From: an uncultured Sphingomonas sp.
Lineage (GTDB): Bacteria > Pseudomonadota > Alphaproteobacteria > Sphingomonadales > Sphingomonadaceae
Reading direction: 5' to 3' (one strand)
NCBI RefSeq assembly: GCF_913776045.1
Contig: NZ_CAJYOI010000006.1
DNA: 64,000 nucleotides
In this document: one piece after another, positions 9,719 to 18,952 of the stretch
Layout of the letters: the number at the start of each line of letters is the position of its first letter
How positions within the stretch are numbered: position 1 is the first letter of the stretch
The notes under the pieces: generated by a model
Told to the model about the DNA's origin: nothing
The model's database searches: none
What the model saw: the letters and a program-made list of their open reading frames with translations, nothing else
Position numbers and translations under genes: made by a program

Positions 9719-10009
9719 ATGATCGAGCAGTTGAGCGAAGCCGAACGCGCCGATGCGCTCGATGGGTTGCCCGAATGGGACTATGACGACGGCCGCGACG
9801 CGATCGGGCGCAGCTTCACTTTCGACAGCTTCTCCGAAGCCTTCGCCTTCATGACGCAGGTCGCGCTGCTTGCCGAGAAGGCGGATCATCACCCGGAATG
9901 GTCGAACGTGTACAACCGTGTCGACATCGTGCTGACGACGCATGATGCGGGCGGGCTGTCGACGCGGGACGTCGAACTGGCGGGGCAGATCGACGATCTG
10001 GTGGATTGA
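9719..10009 (+). CDS. phhB: Pterin-4-alpha-carbinolamine dehydratase
   Basis: [33 protein letters not shown]. Confidence 0.93.
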   Translation: MIEQLSEAERADALDGLPEWDYDDGRDAIGRSFTFDSFSEAFAFMTQVALLAEKADHHPEWSNVYNRVDIVLTTHDAGGLSTRDVELAGQIDDLVD

Positions 10010-10020
10010 GACCCACTCAC

Positions 10021-10116
10021 CGTCATCCCCGCGCAGGCGGGGATCAATTCTGGCTGACCTAACGGAAAGAGCCGCCCGCTCCCCATCAATTGATCCCGGC
10101 CTTCGCGGGGATGACG
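10021..10116. repeat. REP-like inverted repeat element (family A)
   Basis: 29-nt arms CGTCATCCCCGCGCAGGCGGGGATCAATT / AATTGATCCCGGCCTTCGCGGGGATGACG (2 mismatches), each self-palindromic, 38-nt spacer, between convergent genes. Confidence 0.85.
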
Positions 10117-10119
10117 ATA

Positions 10120-10908
10120 TTAGTCCGTAAACACCGCCGCCCGCTTCTGCATGTTCGCCATCGCCGCTTCCATCTGGTTCGGCGAACGCAGCAGGGCGGC
10201 CTGTTCGACACTTTCCTCCATCAGGATGTCGGCGGCATCGGCCTCGACCGCATCGTTCGCCAACCGCTTGATCGCGCGGACCGCCTGCGGGTTGCGCTCG
10301 GCGATCGCGCGGGCAAGCGTCATCGCCTCGGCATGCGGATCGTCCGAAGTCCGCAGCGCGAAGCCCAGATCGACCGCTTCGGTACCGGTGAATTCGCGCG
10401 CGGTGTAGGCGAGTTCGCGCAACGCATCGTCGCGCACGCGGCCGCGCCACAGCGCGAAACCGGCCATGTCGGGGACGATGCCCCATTTGATCTCCATGAC
10501 CGACAGCCGCGTGGTCGGATGGACGATCGTGACGTCCGCGCCGCTCATCACCTGCAGTCCGCCGCCGAACGCGATGCCGTGCACCGCGGCGATCACCGGC
10601 ACGCCGAGCGTCCGCCAGCCCCACGCGATCTGCTGGAAATTATTGGCGAGCCCGTGCGTCCGCACCGCCAGATCGACGCCGGCGCCGGCCGATGCCATGC
10701 TCGCCATGTCGAGGCCGGCGCAGAAGGCAGGCCCTTCGCCCGACAGCACCACGGCGCGAACGCTCTTGTCGCCGCCGACCCGGTCGATCGCGTCGATCAG
10801 CGCGGCGAACATCGCCGGGTCCAGCGCATTCATCTTGGCCGCACGGTCGAGGCGAACGTCGGCGATGCCGGCGTCGATGGCGATGGTCACGCGGGGGTCG
10901 GCGGTCAT
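10120..10908 (-). CDS. Crotonase/enoyl-CoA hydratase family protein
   Basis: LDRAAKMNALD, FCAGLD, AFGGGLQ, MEIKWGIVPDMAG. Confidence 0.92.
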   Translation of the reverse strand: MTADPRVTIAIDAGIADVRLDRAAKMNALDPAMFAALIDAIDRVGGDKSVRAVVLSGEGPAFCAGLDMASMASAGAGVDLAVRTHGLANNFQQIAWGWRTLGVPVIAAVHGIAFGGGLQVMSGADVTIVHPTTRLSVMEIKWGIVPDMAGFALWRGRVRDDALRELAYTAREFTGTEAVDLGFALRTSDDPHAEAMTLARAIAERNPQAVRAIKRLANDAVEADAADILMEESVEQAALLRSPNQMEAAMANMQKRAAVFTD

Positions 10909-10972
10909 GGCGCGCAAGCTACGCCACGGCGGCGATTTGTAAACGGCCGTCAGGCACGATACGGCCGGGCCC

Positions 10973-11419
10973 ATGCAGCCGATCCCGTTCGATCCCGAGC
11001 AGTTCTTCAAGCGCTTCACCTGGGAGCATCACGGATCGACGCTGGGCATCGTCTATCATGCGCATGGCGACGACTGGGCCGAACTCGCGCTGCCGTACGG
11101 TGAGCATCTGATCGGCGATCCGGCGTCGGGCGTCATCGCGTCGGGGCCGATCCTGACGCTGCTCGACCAGGCGACCAGTTCGGCGGTGTGGCTGAAGCGC
11201 GGCGGGTTCCTGCCGCATGCGACGCTCGACCTGCGCATCGATTACCTGCGCCCCGCGACCCCGCACCGCACGGTGATCGGCCGCGGCGAATGCTACCACG
11301 TGACCAAGAGCATCGCCTTCGTGCGGGGTATCGCGCATGACGGCGACCCCGACGATCCGCTGGCGCATGTCGCGGGCACGTTCATGGTGACGCGGATGCC
11401 GACCGGGGTGACGGCATGA
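10973..11419 (+). CDS. PaaI family thioesterase (hotdog fold)
   Basis: GVIASGPILTLLDQA, ATLDLRIDYLRPA. Confidence 0.85.
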   Translation: MQPIPFDPEQFFKRFTWEHHGSTLGIVYHAHGDDWAELALPYGEHLIGDPASGVIASGPILTLLDQATSSAVWLKRGGFLPHATLDLRIDYLRPATPHRTVIGRGECYHVTKSIAFVRGIAHDGDPDDPLAHVAGTFMVTRMPTGVTA

Positions 11420-11793
11420 CGCTGCCCCCCTATGCGACGCTGCTCGGTATCGCGATCGAGCCCGACGACGACGGCACGCGCCGGCTGGCACTGCCCTATG
11501 CCGGCAAGGTCAGCGGGCGGCCGGGATTCCTGCACGGCGGCGCGATCGGCGGGCTGCTGGAGATGGCGGCGATCCTGCGCCTGCGCGATGCGCTGGGCGA
11601 CGAGGCGGCGGTGGTGAAGCCGGTGACGCTGACGGTCGATTACATGCGCGGCGGGCGCGAGAAGATGACCTATGCCGCAGGAATCGTCCGGCGTCTGGGT
11701 TCGCGCGTCGCCAACGTCGATGCGATCGCGTGGCAGGACGACCGCGCCGAACCGATCGCGGCGGCGCGGCTGACCTTTCTCATCCGCCGCTGA
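11416..11793 (+). CDS. PaaI family thioesterase (hotdog fold)
   Basis: GFLHGGAIGGLLE, TLTVDYMRGG; ATGA-coupled to previous gene. Confidence 0.85.
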   Translation: MTLPPYATLLGIAIEPDDDGTRRLALPYAGKVSGRPGFLHGGAIGGLLEMAAILRLRDALGDEAAVVKPVTLTVDYMRGGREKMTYAAGIVRRLGSRVANVDAIAWQDDRAEPIAAARLTFLIRR

Positions 11794-11796
11794 GTC

Positions 11797-12708
11797 CTAT
11801 TCCCCGAACTTGCCGGCGCGGTACAGCAGGGTGATCGCGACGCGACGATTGCGCGCATCGGTGGGATTGTCGACGATCATCGGTTCGCGGTCGGCGACGC
11901 CTTCGATCCGCTCGAAGCGGGCTTCGGGTACGCCGCCCATCGCTAGGCGGCGGCGGGTGGCCTCGGCACGGCCCGACGACAGCGTCCAGTTGTTCATGCC
12001 CTGGCGGCTGCCGAACTGCAGTGCGTCGGTATGGCCGCGGATCATGATCGGATTGGGCGTCGCCTTAATGGCGTCCGCGACCAGGCCGATCAGGGTCGAT
12101 GCCCCGGGCACCAGCGCGGTCGTGCCGGTGGCGAACATCGAATAATCGGCGTCGTCGACCAGATCGATGCGCAGCCCGTCGCGGGTCATCGAGAAGCGGA
12201 CGTGCTGGCCGAGCTTCGCAAGCTTGGTGTCGGCCGCAATCTGCTGTTCGACCTGGCGCTTCATCTTCTCGAAATTGGCCTTGTCCTCGCTGGTCTGGCG
12301 AGGATTGCGCAGCGAGCCCTTCTCTCCGGTGCCCTCGCGGTTTCCGCCCGATGATTCCGAAGGAATCGTCAGCGATCGCGTGCCGGTCTGTTGCGCCTTG
12401 TGGGGGTAATTGTCCTTGTCGATGATCGACGACCCGCCGAACAGACCGTTCGAACCCGCCGACTTCTGCATCTTGATGTCGACGATCGTCGGCGTGAAAT
12501 AGTCGGCGATCGACTTGCGCTGTTTCTCGGTCGTCGCACCCAGGATCCACAGCAGCAGAAAGAACGCCATCATCGCCGTCACGAAGTCGGCGTACGCGAC
12601 CTTCCAGGCACCGCCGTGATGGCCGCCATGGCCATCGGCGATGATCTTCTTGACGATGACGATCTTGGGCGGCTGGTTGTTGCCGTGAGGAGCGCGAGCG
12701 GCGGCCAT
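11797..12708 (-). CDS. motB: Flagellar stator protein MotB
   Basis: GAWKVAYADFVTAMMAFFLLLW, OmpA-like GHTD..NWTLSSGRA, RNRRV. Confidence 0.95.
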   Translation of the reverse strand: MAAARAPHGNNQPPKIVIVKKIIADGHGGHHGGAWKVAYADFVTAMMAFFLLLWILGATTEKQRKSIADYFTPTIVDIKMQKSAGSNGLFGGSSIIDKDNYPHKAQQTGTRSLTIPSESSGGNREGTGEKGSLRNPRQTSEDKANFEKMKRQVEQQIAADTKLAKLGQHVRFSMTRDGLRIDLVDDADYSMFATGTTALVPGASTLIGLVADAIKATPNPIMIRGHTDALQFGSRQGMNNWTLSSGRAEATRRRLAMGGVPEARFERIEGVADREPMIVDNPTDARNRRVAITLLYRAGKFGE

Positions 12709-12711
12709 GAT

Positions 12712-13575
12712 TTAGCGTCCGCGCAGGCCGTCGAAGACTTCGCCGAAGCCGGGCTGGTTGCTGTGCGCGATGCCCGAGCGTGCGGCCTCGATCACCAGCG
12801 GCTGCGGGTGGCCGTGGAGCGAGGCGATGATGATCTGCTTCACGACGTGATAGATCGCCGAATCGGCGTCGATCACCTGCTGTAGCCGGTTCGCGAGCGG
12901 GCCGACGATACCATAGGCGAGCAACACGCCGAGGAAGGTGCCGACGAGCGCCGAGCCGATCATGCCGCCCAGGATCGACGGCGGCTTGTCGATCGAGCCC
13001 ATCGTCTTCACCACGCCGAGCACCGCCGCGACGATGCCGAGCGCGGGGAGCGCGTCGCCCAGCGACGTCAGCGTGCCCTGCGGCCCCTGCACTTCGTGAT
13101 GGTGGGTCTTGATCGCGTTATCCATCACCTCTTCGACCGCGTGCACGTCGAGCGTGCCCGACGACACGACGACCAGGCGCAGCGTGTCGGCGATCAGCGC
13201 GACCAGCGTGTGGTCGGCCAGCAGGCGGGGATATTCGGAGAAGACAGAGGAGGACTTCGGATCCTCGACATGCGGTTCGAGCGCGATCGGCCCGTCGACG
13301 CGCAGCATCTTCATCAGCTTGCTGACGAGGAAGATCGTGTCGAGATAGTCCTGCTTCTTGTACTTCGGCCCCTTGAACACCTTGCCCAGCGCCCCGCCGA
13401 CGGCCTTCAGCTCCTTGCCCGAGTTGCCGATGATGAGCGCGCCGATCGCCGCCCCGCCGATGATGAGCATTTCATGCGGGATGGCGTGGAGGACCGGGCC
13501 GAGCGCACCGCCGGTGATGACGAAACCGCCGAACACCATGCCGAGCAGAACCACGAGGCCGATGGCGACAAACAT
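12712..13575 (-). CDS. motA: Flagellar stator protein MotA
   Basis: Four TMs, LPALGIVAAVLGVVKTM, ALVGTFLGVLLAYG. Confidence 0.95.
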   Translation of the reverse strand: MFVAIGLVVLLGMVFGGFVITGGALGPVLHAIPHEMLIIGGAAIGALIIGNSGKELKAVGGALGKVFKGPKYKKQDYLDTIFLVSKLMKMLRVDGPIALEPHVEDPKSSSVFSEYPRLLADHTLVALIADTLRLVVVSSGTLDVHAVEEVMDNAIKTHHHEVQGPQGTLTSLGDALPALGIVAAVLGVVKTMGSIDKPPSILGGMIGSALVGTFLGVLLAYGIVGPLANRLQQVIDADSAIYHVVKQIIIASLHGHPQPLVIEAARSGIAHSNQPGFGEVFDGLRGR

Positions 13576-13628
13576 GACTTAGGACTTCCCCTTCGCGGCC
13601 GGCGGGTCACGGACCTGTCGGCACTTCT

Positions 13629-13644
13629 CGCGACCTTTGTGCCA
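13629..13644 (-). promoter_or_regulatory. Possible sigma54 promoter upstream of motA
   Basis: TGGCAC-AAAGG-TCGCG; -12 element deviates from TTGC. Confidence 0.4.
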
Positions 13645-13663
13645 AGCGGAGGTGGGGATTTGG

Positions 13664-13690
13664 TTAACGGCCTGACCGAAGTTGTACTTA
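13664..13690 (-). promoter_or_regulatory. sigma28 (FliA) promoter of motAB
   Basis: TAAG-N15-GCCGTTAA vs consensus TAAA-N15-GCCGATAA. Confidence 0.75.
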
Positions 13691-13720
13691 ACGTACCGGA
13701 TCGGGCCGATCGTCGTCCGA

Positions 13721-14626
13721 TCAGCGCAGATAGTTGAACAGGCTGAGCGAGGTCAGCTTGCCGAAGCTCGCCTGCGTCGCGTCGAGCACGGTCATCACCT
13801 TCTTCAGTTCGGTGATCGTCGCCGGAATATCGGCATCCTCGATCGCGGACCGGTCGGCCTCGCGAGTCAGCGCAAGGTCTTCCAGGCGGCCTTTTTCCAA
13901 CTCGAGTCGCGCGCCGCGGGCGCCGATCGAGGTCTGCGCGTTCACGACCGACGTCATCGCGGCCTGGATGTCGACGGTGTCGTCGGTTGCCGGGGCACCC
14001 GATTTCAGCTTGTCCGAAAACGCCTTCACGATCGCAAACATGTCGCTCGGTGGCCCACCGGCCTTTACCGGGATGTTGCCGAAGATATTCTGACCGCTGG
14101 TGGTCGCCGCGATCGTGCGACCGTCGCCGATCGGGACCTGCCCCGCCTCGCCCTTGCCGGTGAAGGTCACCTTTCCGCCGCCGTCGACGACATAGGGCGT
14201 CGCCGTGCTGTCGCCGGAAAACAGCGGCGTGCCGCGGGCGTCGGTGGTGTTGGCGACGCGCACCAGATCCTCCAGGATCACGTCGACCTCGGCCGACAGC
14301 GACTTGCGCTGCTCGTCGCTCAACGTCGAGCTGCCGGCCGAAATCGCGATCGTCTTCACGCGGCTGAGCTGCGATTCGATGCTGGCGAGCGCGGTCGCCG
14401 ACGAATCGAGCAGCGAGGTCGCCAGATTGACGTTGGTCAGCTCCGCATCGGAATTCGCGCCTGCCCGCTTTAGCGCAGTCAGCGCGCGATAGCCCGCGGC
14501 ATCGTCGGACGGCGTCGTGATGCGCTTCGTCGACGACAGTTGGTTGTTGAGCGCATCGGCCTTGTTGCTCAGCGCACCCATGCGGTCGCGGAGCCGGTCG
14601 AATTGAAGGGAGGTCGCGACGCGCAT
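13721..14626 (-). CDS. flgL: Hook-filament junction protein FlgL
   Basis: MRVATS..., KRITTPSDDAA, ADIPATITEL..LDATQASFGKLTSLSLFNYL; follows flgK. Confidence 0.9.
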   Translation of the reverse strand: MRVATSLQFDRLRDRMGALSNKADALNNQLSSTKRITTPSDDAAGYRALTALKRAGANSDAELTNVNLATSLLDSSATALASIESQLSRVKTIAISAGSSTLSDEQRKSLSAEVDVILEDLVRVANTTDARGTPLFSGDSTATPYVVDGGGKVTFTGKGEAGQVPIGDGRTIAATTSGQNIFGNIPVKAGGPPSDMFAIVKAFSDKLKSGAPATDDTVDIQAAMTSVVNAQTSIGARGARLELEKGRLEDLALTREADRSAIEDADIPATITELKKVMTVLDATQASFGKLTSLSLFNYLR

Positions 14627-14637
14627 GTGGGCGGTCC

Positions 14638-15993
14638 TTAGCGAATGTCGAACATGGTTTGCATGATTTCGCGAGCCACCTGGATGACGCGGCTCGATGC
14701 CTGATAGGCCTGCTGGAACCGGATCAGGCTGACGGCTTCCTCGTCCAGGTCGACGCCGGTCATGCCGTCGCGCGCGCTGACAGACGAAATGTGGATGGCG
14801 GTCTGGGCATCGACGACCGCGCGTCGCGTCTTGAGCAGCGCGGCATTTTCGGTCGTAAGATCGTCGAACCTCGATTCCCACTTCGACGAGTCGCGCAGCG
14901 CGGTCAGCTTCGTCATGTTGCCGTTGCCGCGCACGCCCTCCGTACCGACGGCTGCGGCGACGCCTGCGGGGTAGTTCATCACGACGGCGATCTCTGTCGG
15001 CGCCGCGCCGGTGGGTATCTCGAAGATCGCTTCGCCCGGCGCACCACTTAGCGTCTTGCCGCCGGCCTGCCACGCCTTCATTCCCGAGACGAAATCGGTC
15101 GCGACCGCGTTCAGCCGCTGGCGCGCGCCGGCGATCTGCAAGGCCCCATCGACCAGTCCCGCCATCGCACCGCCGGTTGCCTGCACCTTCTGCATCCCGG
15201 TCGAATCGTTGACGGCGATCGCCGCCTCGCCCGAATCGTTGGTGACGAAGCTGACGATGGCGCCGCGTTCGACATTGGCCAGCACCGGGCCGGCGCTTCC
15301 GCCCGCACGAACGGTGGCGCGGCCGAACGCGTCAAACTTCGTATCGATATCGACCAGCGCACTCATCGCCTCGAGCGTCCGATCACGTTCGTCGAGCAGC
15401 TGCACGCGCGACGACGATCCTTCGGCTGCGCGGGTCAGGCTGTTGTTGATCCGCGACATCGAATTGCTGAGGTCGGTCAGCTGCGCCGCCATGTCGCGGC
15501 CCTGCCCGGCGAGTTCCTCGGCGGCACCGGCCAGCGCGCGGCCGGTGCTTGCAAAGCCCGAGGCGAGCGAACGGGCATCTTCCAGGAAGACGGTGCGCGG
15601 GGCGGTGGCGGACGGGTCCGCGGCGACGGTCTTGGCGGTCGCAAAAAATGTGGTGAAGCGATCGGACAGCTGGTTGCCGGCCAGCGCGCCTTCGATCCGG
15701 TCGATCCAGCCGACCGACGCGGAGCTCTTGGCAAGGTCGGACCCGGTCGTGCGCGCCTGTGCCGAGCGGAATTCGTCGGCCGCACGCGACACACCGGCAA
15801 TACGGACGCCGCCGCCGGTCTGCTGGGTCGTCTGGCCCAGGCCGGCCACGCCGCTGGTACGGAATTCCTCGATCGTCGAGGATCGGCGCGTATAGCCCGG
15901 CGTCGCGGCGTTCGCGATATTCTCGGACGTCGTCGACAGCGCGGTCTGATACGCGCGGACGCCGGTGACGCCGATGCTCAGCAGGTCGGTCAT
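14638..15993 (-). CDS. flgK: Hook-associated protein FlgK
   Basis: TTSENIANAATPGYTRR, GVDLDEEAVSLIRFQQAYQASSRVI. Confidence 0.95.
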   Translation of the reverse strand: MTDLLSIGVTGVRAYQTALSTTSENIANAATPGYTRRSSTIEEFRTSGVAGLGQTTQQTGGGVRIAGVSRAADEFRSAQARTTGSDLAKSSASVGWIDRIEGALAGNQLSDRFTTFFATAKTVAADPSATAPRTVFLEDARSLASGFASTGRALAGAAEELAGQGRDMAAQLTDLSNSMSRINNSLTRAAEGSSSRVQLLDERDRTLEAMSALVDIDTKFDAFGRATVRAGGSAGPVLANVERGAIVSFVTNDSGEAAIAVNDSTGMQKVQATGGAMAGLVDGALQIAGARQRLNAVATDFVSGMKAWQAGGKTLSGAPGEAIFEIPTGAAPTEIAVVMNYPAGVAAAVGTEGVRGNGNMTKLTALRDSSKWESRFDDLTTENAALLKTRRAVVDAQTAIHISSVSARDGMTGVDLDEEAVSLIRFQQAYQASSRVIQVAREIMQTMFDIR

Positions 15994-16337
15994 GGCGTAC
16001 CGCCCCCACCGTCTGCGCCGCCGGTGCCTTGCGACTTGGCCAGGAAGTCGGTCATCGCCTTGGCGATACCCATCGGCGAATGCTGCGCCATGCTTTCGGT
16101 CAGCTTGCCGTCGAACATGTCGCGGAACTGCTCGCCCGCCTTGTTGTCGAACAGTCCGTCGGCAAGTTTCGCCGAGCGCATCGACTTCAGCATCATGCCG
16201 GTGAAGATCGCCTCGAACCGCTGGCCCGCCGCGGCGAGATTTGCGTCGGACTTCAGGCGCGATGTGTCGTTCGACACGCCGCCGGCAGTGCCGGTGATGC
16301 CTGTGATGCCGGTGGGCGAGGCAGGAATCTGCGTCAC
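15990..16337 (-). CDS. flgJ: FlgJ, rod-binding domain only
   Basis: QRFEAIFTGMMLKSMRSA..LFD..FRDMFD; 115 aa, no muramidase domain. Confidence 0.85.
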   Translation of the reverse strand: MTQIPASPTGITGITGTAGGVSNDTSRLKSDANLAAAGQRFEAIFTGMMLKSMRSAKLADGLFDNKAGEQFRDMFDGKLTESMAQHSPMGIAKAMTDFLAKSQGTGGADGGGGTP

Positions 16338-17428
16338 AGGACGATCAGCTCCGCCTTCAGCGCGCCGGCCTGCTTCAGCGCTTCGAGGATAGCGACCAGG
16401 TCGGCCGGCGACGCACCGATGGCGTTCACCGCGTTCACGACATCGGCCAGTTTCGGCCCGGGCTCGAACAGGAACATCGGACGCTTCTCTTCCTCGACGG
16501 ACACACCGCTCTTCTGCTCGACCGCCGTCTGCCCCTTGGAAAAGGGCATGGGCTGGCTGACGCGCTGGTTTTCATCAATACGAACAGTTAGTTTACCATG
16601 TGTTACCGCCGCAGGACTCACCCGGACGGCACTGTTGATAACGACCGTACCGGTGCGCGCGTTTACAATTACTTTCGCCGGCGCCTCGGCGGACACCACG
16701 CTCAGGTTCTCGATCCCGCTCATCAGCTGGGCGCGGACGTCAGCACCGGCCGGGGCCGTCACCGCGATCGACACGCCGTCCACGGCCCGTGCGACGCCGG
16801 CGCCGAAGCGCGCGTTGATCGCGCTGGCGACGTTCTGCGCGGTCGTGAAATCGGCCTGGGTCAGGTTGAATGTCAGCGTCGGCGAGCTGGCAAAGCCGGT
16901 GTCGACCGCGCGCTCGACCGTCGCGCCTTCCGGGATGCGGCCCGACGAGGGCACGTTGACGACCACTTTCGATCCGTCGGCGCCTTCCGCACCCAGACCG
17001 CCGACGGCAAGATTGCCCTGCGCCATCGCATAGATCGCGCCGTCCGCACCGTAGAGCGGGCTGAGGATCAGCGTGCCGCCGCGCAACGACTTGGCCTTGC
17101 CCATCGCCGACACGGTGATGTCGAGCTTCTGGCCCGGCTTGGCGAAGGCGGGCAGTTCAGCCGTAATCATCACGACCGCTGAGTTCTTGAGCCCCGGATT
17201 GGCGCCCGGCGGCAGTTGCAGCCCGAAGCGCGAGGTGACGCCCTTCATCGACTGGACGGTATATTCGAGGTTGTCGTCGCCCGTGCCGGGCAGACCGACG
17301 ACGACGCCATAGCCGGTCAGCTGGTTGGTACGGATGCCCTGGAACGTGCCGAGATCCTTGATGCGATCGGCCTGGGCCGGCGTCGCGATCAGCAGGGCAG
17401 TGAGGGCGGCGAAAAGGAGACGAAGCAT
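16334..17428 (-). CDS. flgI: Flagellar P-ring protein
   Basis: RIKDL..NQLTGYGVVVGLPGTGD, AKSLRGGTL, LKQAGALKAELIV. Confidence 0.97.
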   Translation of the reverse strand: MLRLLFAALTALLIATPAQADRIKDLGTFQGIRTNQLTGYGVVVGLPGTGDDNLEYTVQSMKGVTSRFGLQLPPGANPGLKNSAVVMITAELPAFAKPGQKLDITVSAMGKAKSLRGGTLILSPLYGADGAIYAMAQGNLAVGGLGAEGADGSKVVVNVPSSGRIPEGATVERAVDTGFASSPTLTFNLTQADFTTAQNVASAINARFGAGVARAVDGVSIAVTAPAGADVRAQLMSGIENLSVVSAEAPAKVIVNARTGTVVINSAVRVSPAAVTHGKLTVRIDENQRVSQPMPFSKGQTAVEQKSGVSVEEEKRPMFLFEPGPKLADVVNAVNAIGASPADLVAILEALKQAGALKAELIVL

Positions 17429-17439
17429 TCCGACGATCC

Positions 17440-18117
17440 TCAGAACGGGCTGATGGTCTGGAAGAAGCGGTTGAGCCAGCCCTGGCGGCTGGCGCGCTGG
17501 ACGTCGCCGCGACCGGTGTAGGCGATCTTCGCGTCCGCGACGCGGGTCGACAGGACTCGATTGTTCGCATCGATGTCGGCCGGGCGAACGACGCCGCGGA
17601 TCTGAATGAATTCGTCGCCGCGATTGAGCGTCAGCGTCTTCTGGCCCTGAACGATCATGGTGCCGTTGGGCAGCACCTCGGCGACCGTCACGCTGATCTC
17701 TCCCGACAATGCGTTCGACTGGTCGGCGGTGCCGATTCCGTTGAAGTTGCGGTTGCCGCTGGTGCCGATGTCGCTCGGCTTGATCGCCGAGAGCAGACCG
17801 GTCGACGGCGGGGTGATGCCGAAGCCGCCGCCCGAATCAAGCTTGCTGCCCGCCGACTTCGACGCCTGGGTGCGTTCGGTCAGGATGATCGTCAGCGGGT
17901 CGCCGACCGCCCGCGCCCGCGCGCCCTCGTAGAGCCCGCCATAGCCGGCCGACACCTGGAAAATCGCGCCGTTGGCCGGCGGCGCGGCCGGCGGCGGCGG
18001 CGCATAGACCGTGCGAAATTCCGGCGGCGGCACGACCGGCTTCTTCTTGCCGAAGATGCCGGCGGTCGCAGGCGTCGCGAGAACCGCGGTGAGGACGAGA
18101 GCGGAGAGGATACGCAT
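17440..18117 (-). CDS. flgH: Flagellar L-ring protein (no cysteine)
   Basis: RARAVGDPLTIIL, VLPNGTMIVQGQK, GVVRPADI..NRVLSTRVADAKIAY, GWLNRFF. Confidence 0.95.
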   Translation of the reverse strand: MRILSALVLTAVLATPATAGIFGKKKPVVPPPEFRTVYAPPPPAAPPANGAIFQVSAGYGGLYEGARARAVGDPLTIILTERTQASKSAGSKLDSGGGFGITPPSTGLLSAIKPSDIGTSGNRNFNGIGTADQSNALSGEISVTVAEVLPNGTMIVQGQKTLTLNRGDEFIQIRGVVRPADIDANNRVLSTRVADAKIAYTGRGDVQRASRQGWLNRFFQTISPF

Positions 18118-18132
18118 GACGGTCTATCGGCC

Positions 18133-18921
18133 TCAGATGTTCTGGTTGACGTATTTGAGCATTTCGTCGGTCGCCGAGATCATCTTGGAATTGACCTCGT
18201 ACGCACGCTGGGTTTCGATCATGTCGACGAGTTCCTCGACGACGTTGACGTTGGAGCCTTCCAGCATGCCCTGGCGGATGTTGCCGCGGCCGTCTTGGCC
18301 AGCGATGCCCAGGTTCGCAGCGCCCGACGCGCCGGTTTCGATCAGATAATTGTCGCCGACCGACTGCAGGCCGGCGGCGTTGGCGAAGCTGGCGATCTGG
18401 ATCTGACCGAGCTGGGTCGATTCGGTCTGGCCGGGGATCGTCGCCGATACCGTGCCGTCCTGACCGATGGTGATCGCGGTCGCATTTTCGGGCACGGTGA
18501 TGCCGGGCATAACCTGATACCCCTCCGACGTCACGACCAGCCCTTCGGCCGAGCGATTGAAGTTGCCTGCGCGCGTATAGCCGAGCTGGCCGCCCGGCAG
18601 CTGGACCTGAAAATAGCCGCCCCCGTCCAGGGCGACGTCCAGGCTGTTGCCGGTTGTCTGCATCGCGCCCTGCCGGTCGATGCGCGACGTGCCCTGCACG
18701 CGGACGCCGGTGCCCAGATTCAGGCCGGTCGCGTATTTCGTCTCCTGCGTGCTGGCGGAGCCGGGCGCCGTGACGACCTGATAGGCGAGCGTTTCGAACG
18801 CGGCGCGGTCCTTCTTGAACCCGGTCGTGTTCACGTTGGCCAGGTTGTTCGAGATGACCCGCATGCGCGTATCCTGCGCGTCGATGCCGGTACGGGCGAT
18901 ATGGAGTGCGGCAGAACCCAT
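18133..18921 (-). CDS. flgG: Distal rod protein
   Basis: ISNNLANVNTTGFKK, LEGSNVNVVEELVDMIETQRAYEVNSK. Confidence 0.97.
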   Translation of the reverse strand: MGSAALHIARTGIDAQDTRMRVISNNLANVNTTGFKKDRAAFETLAYQVVTAPGSASTQETKYATGLNLGTGVRVQGTSRIDRQGAMQTTGNSLDVALDGGGYFQVQLPGGQLGYTRAGNFNRSAEGLVVTSEGYQVMPGITVPENATAITIGQDGTVSATIPGQTESTQLGQIQIASFANAAGLQSVGDNYLIETGASGAANLGIAGQDGRGNIRQGMLEGSNVNVVEELVDMIETQRAYEVNSKMISATDEMLKYVNQNI

Positions 18922-18952
18922 CGTATCAGTCCTTCAAATTCGGTCGGCCGGA

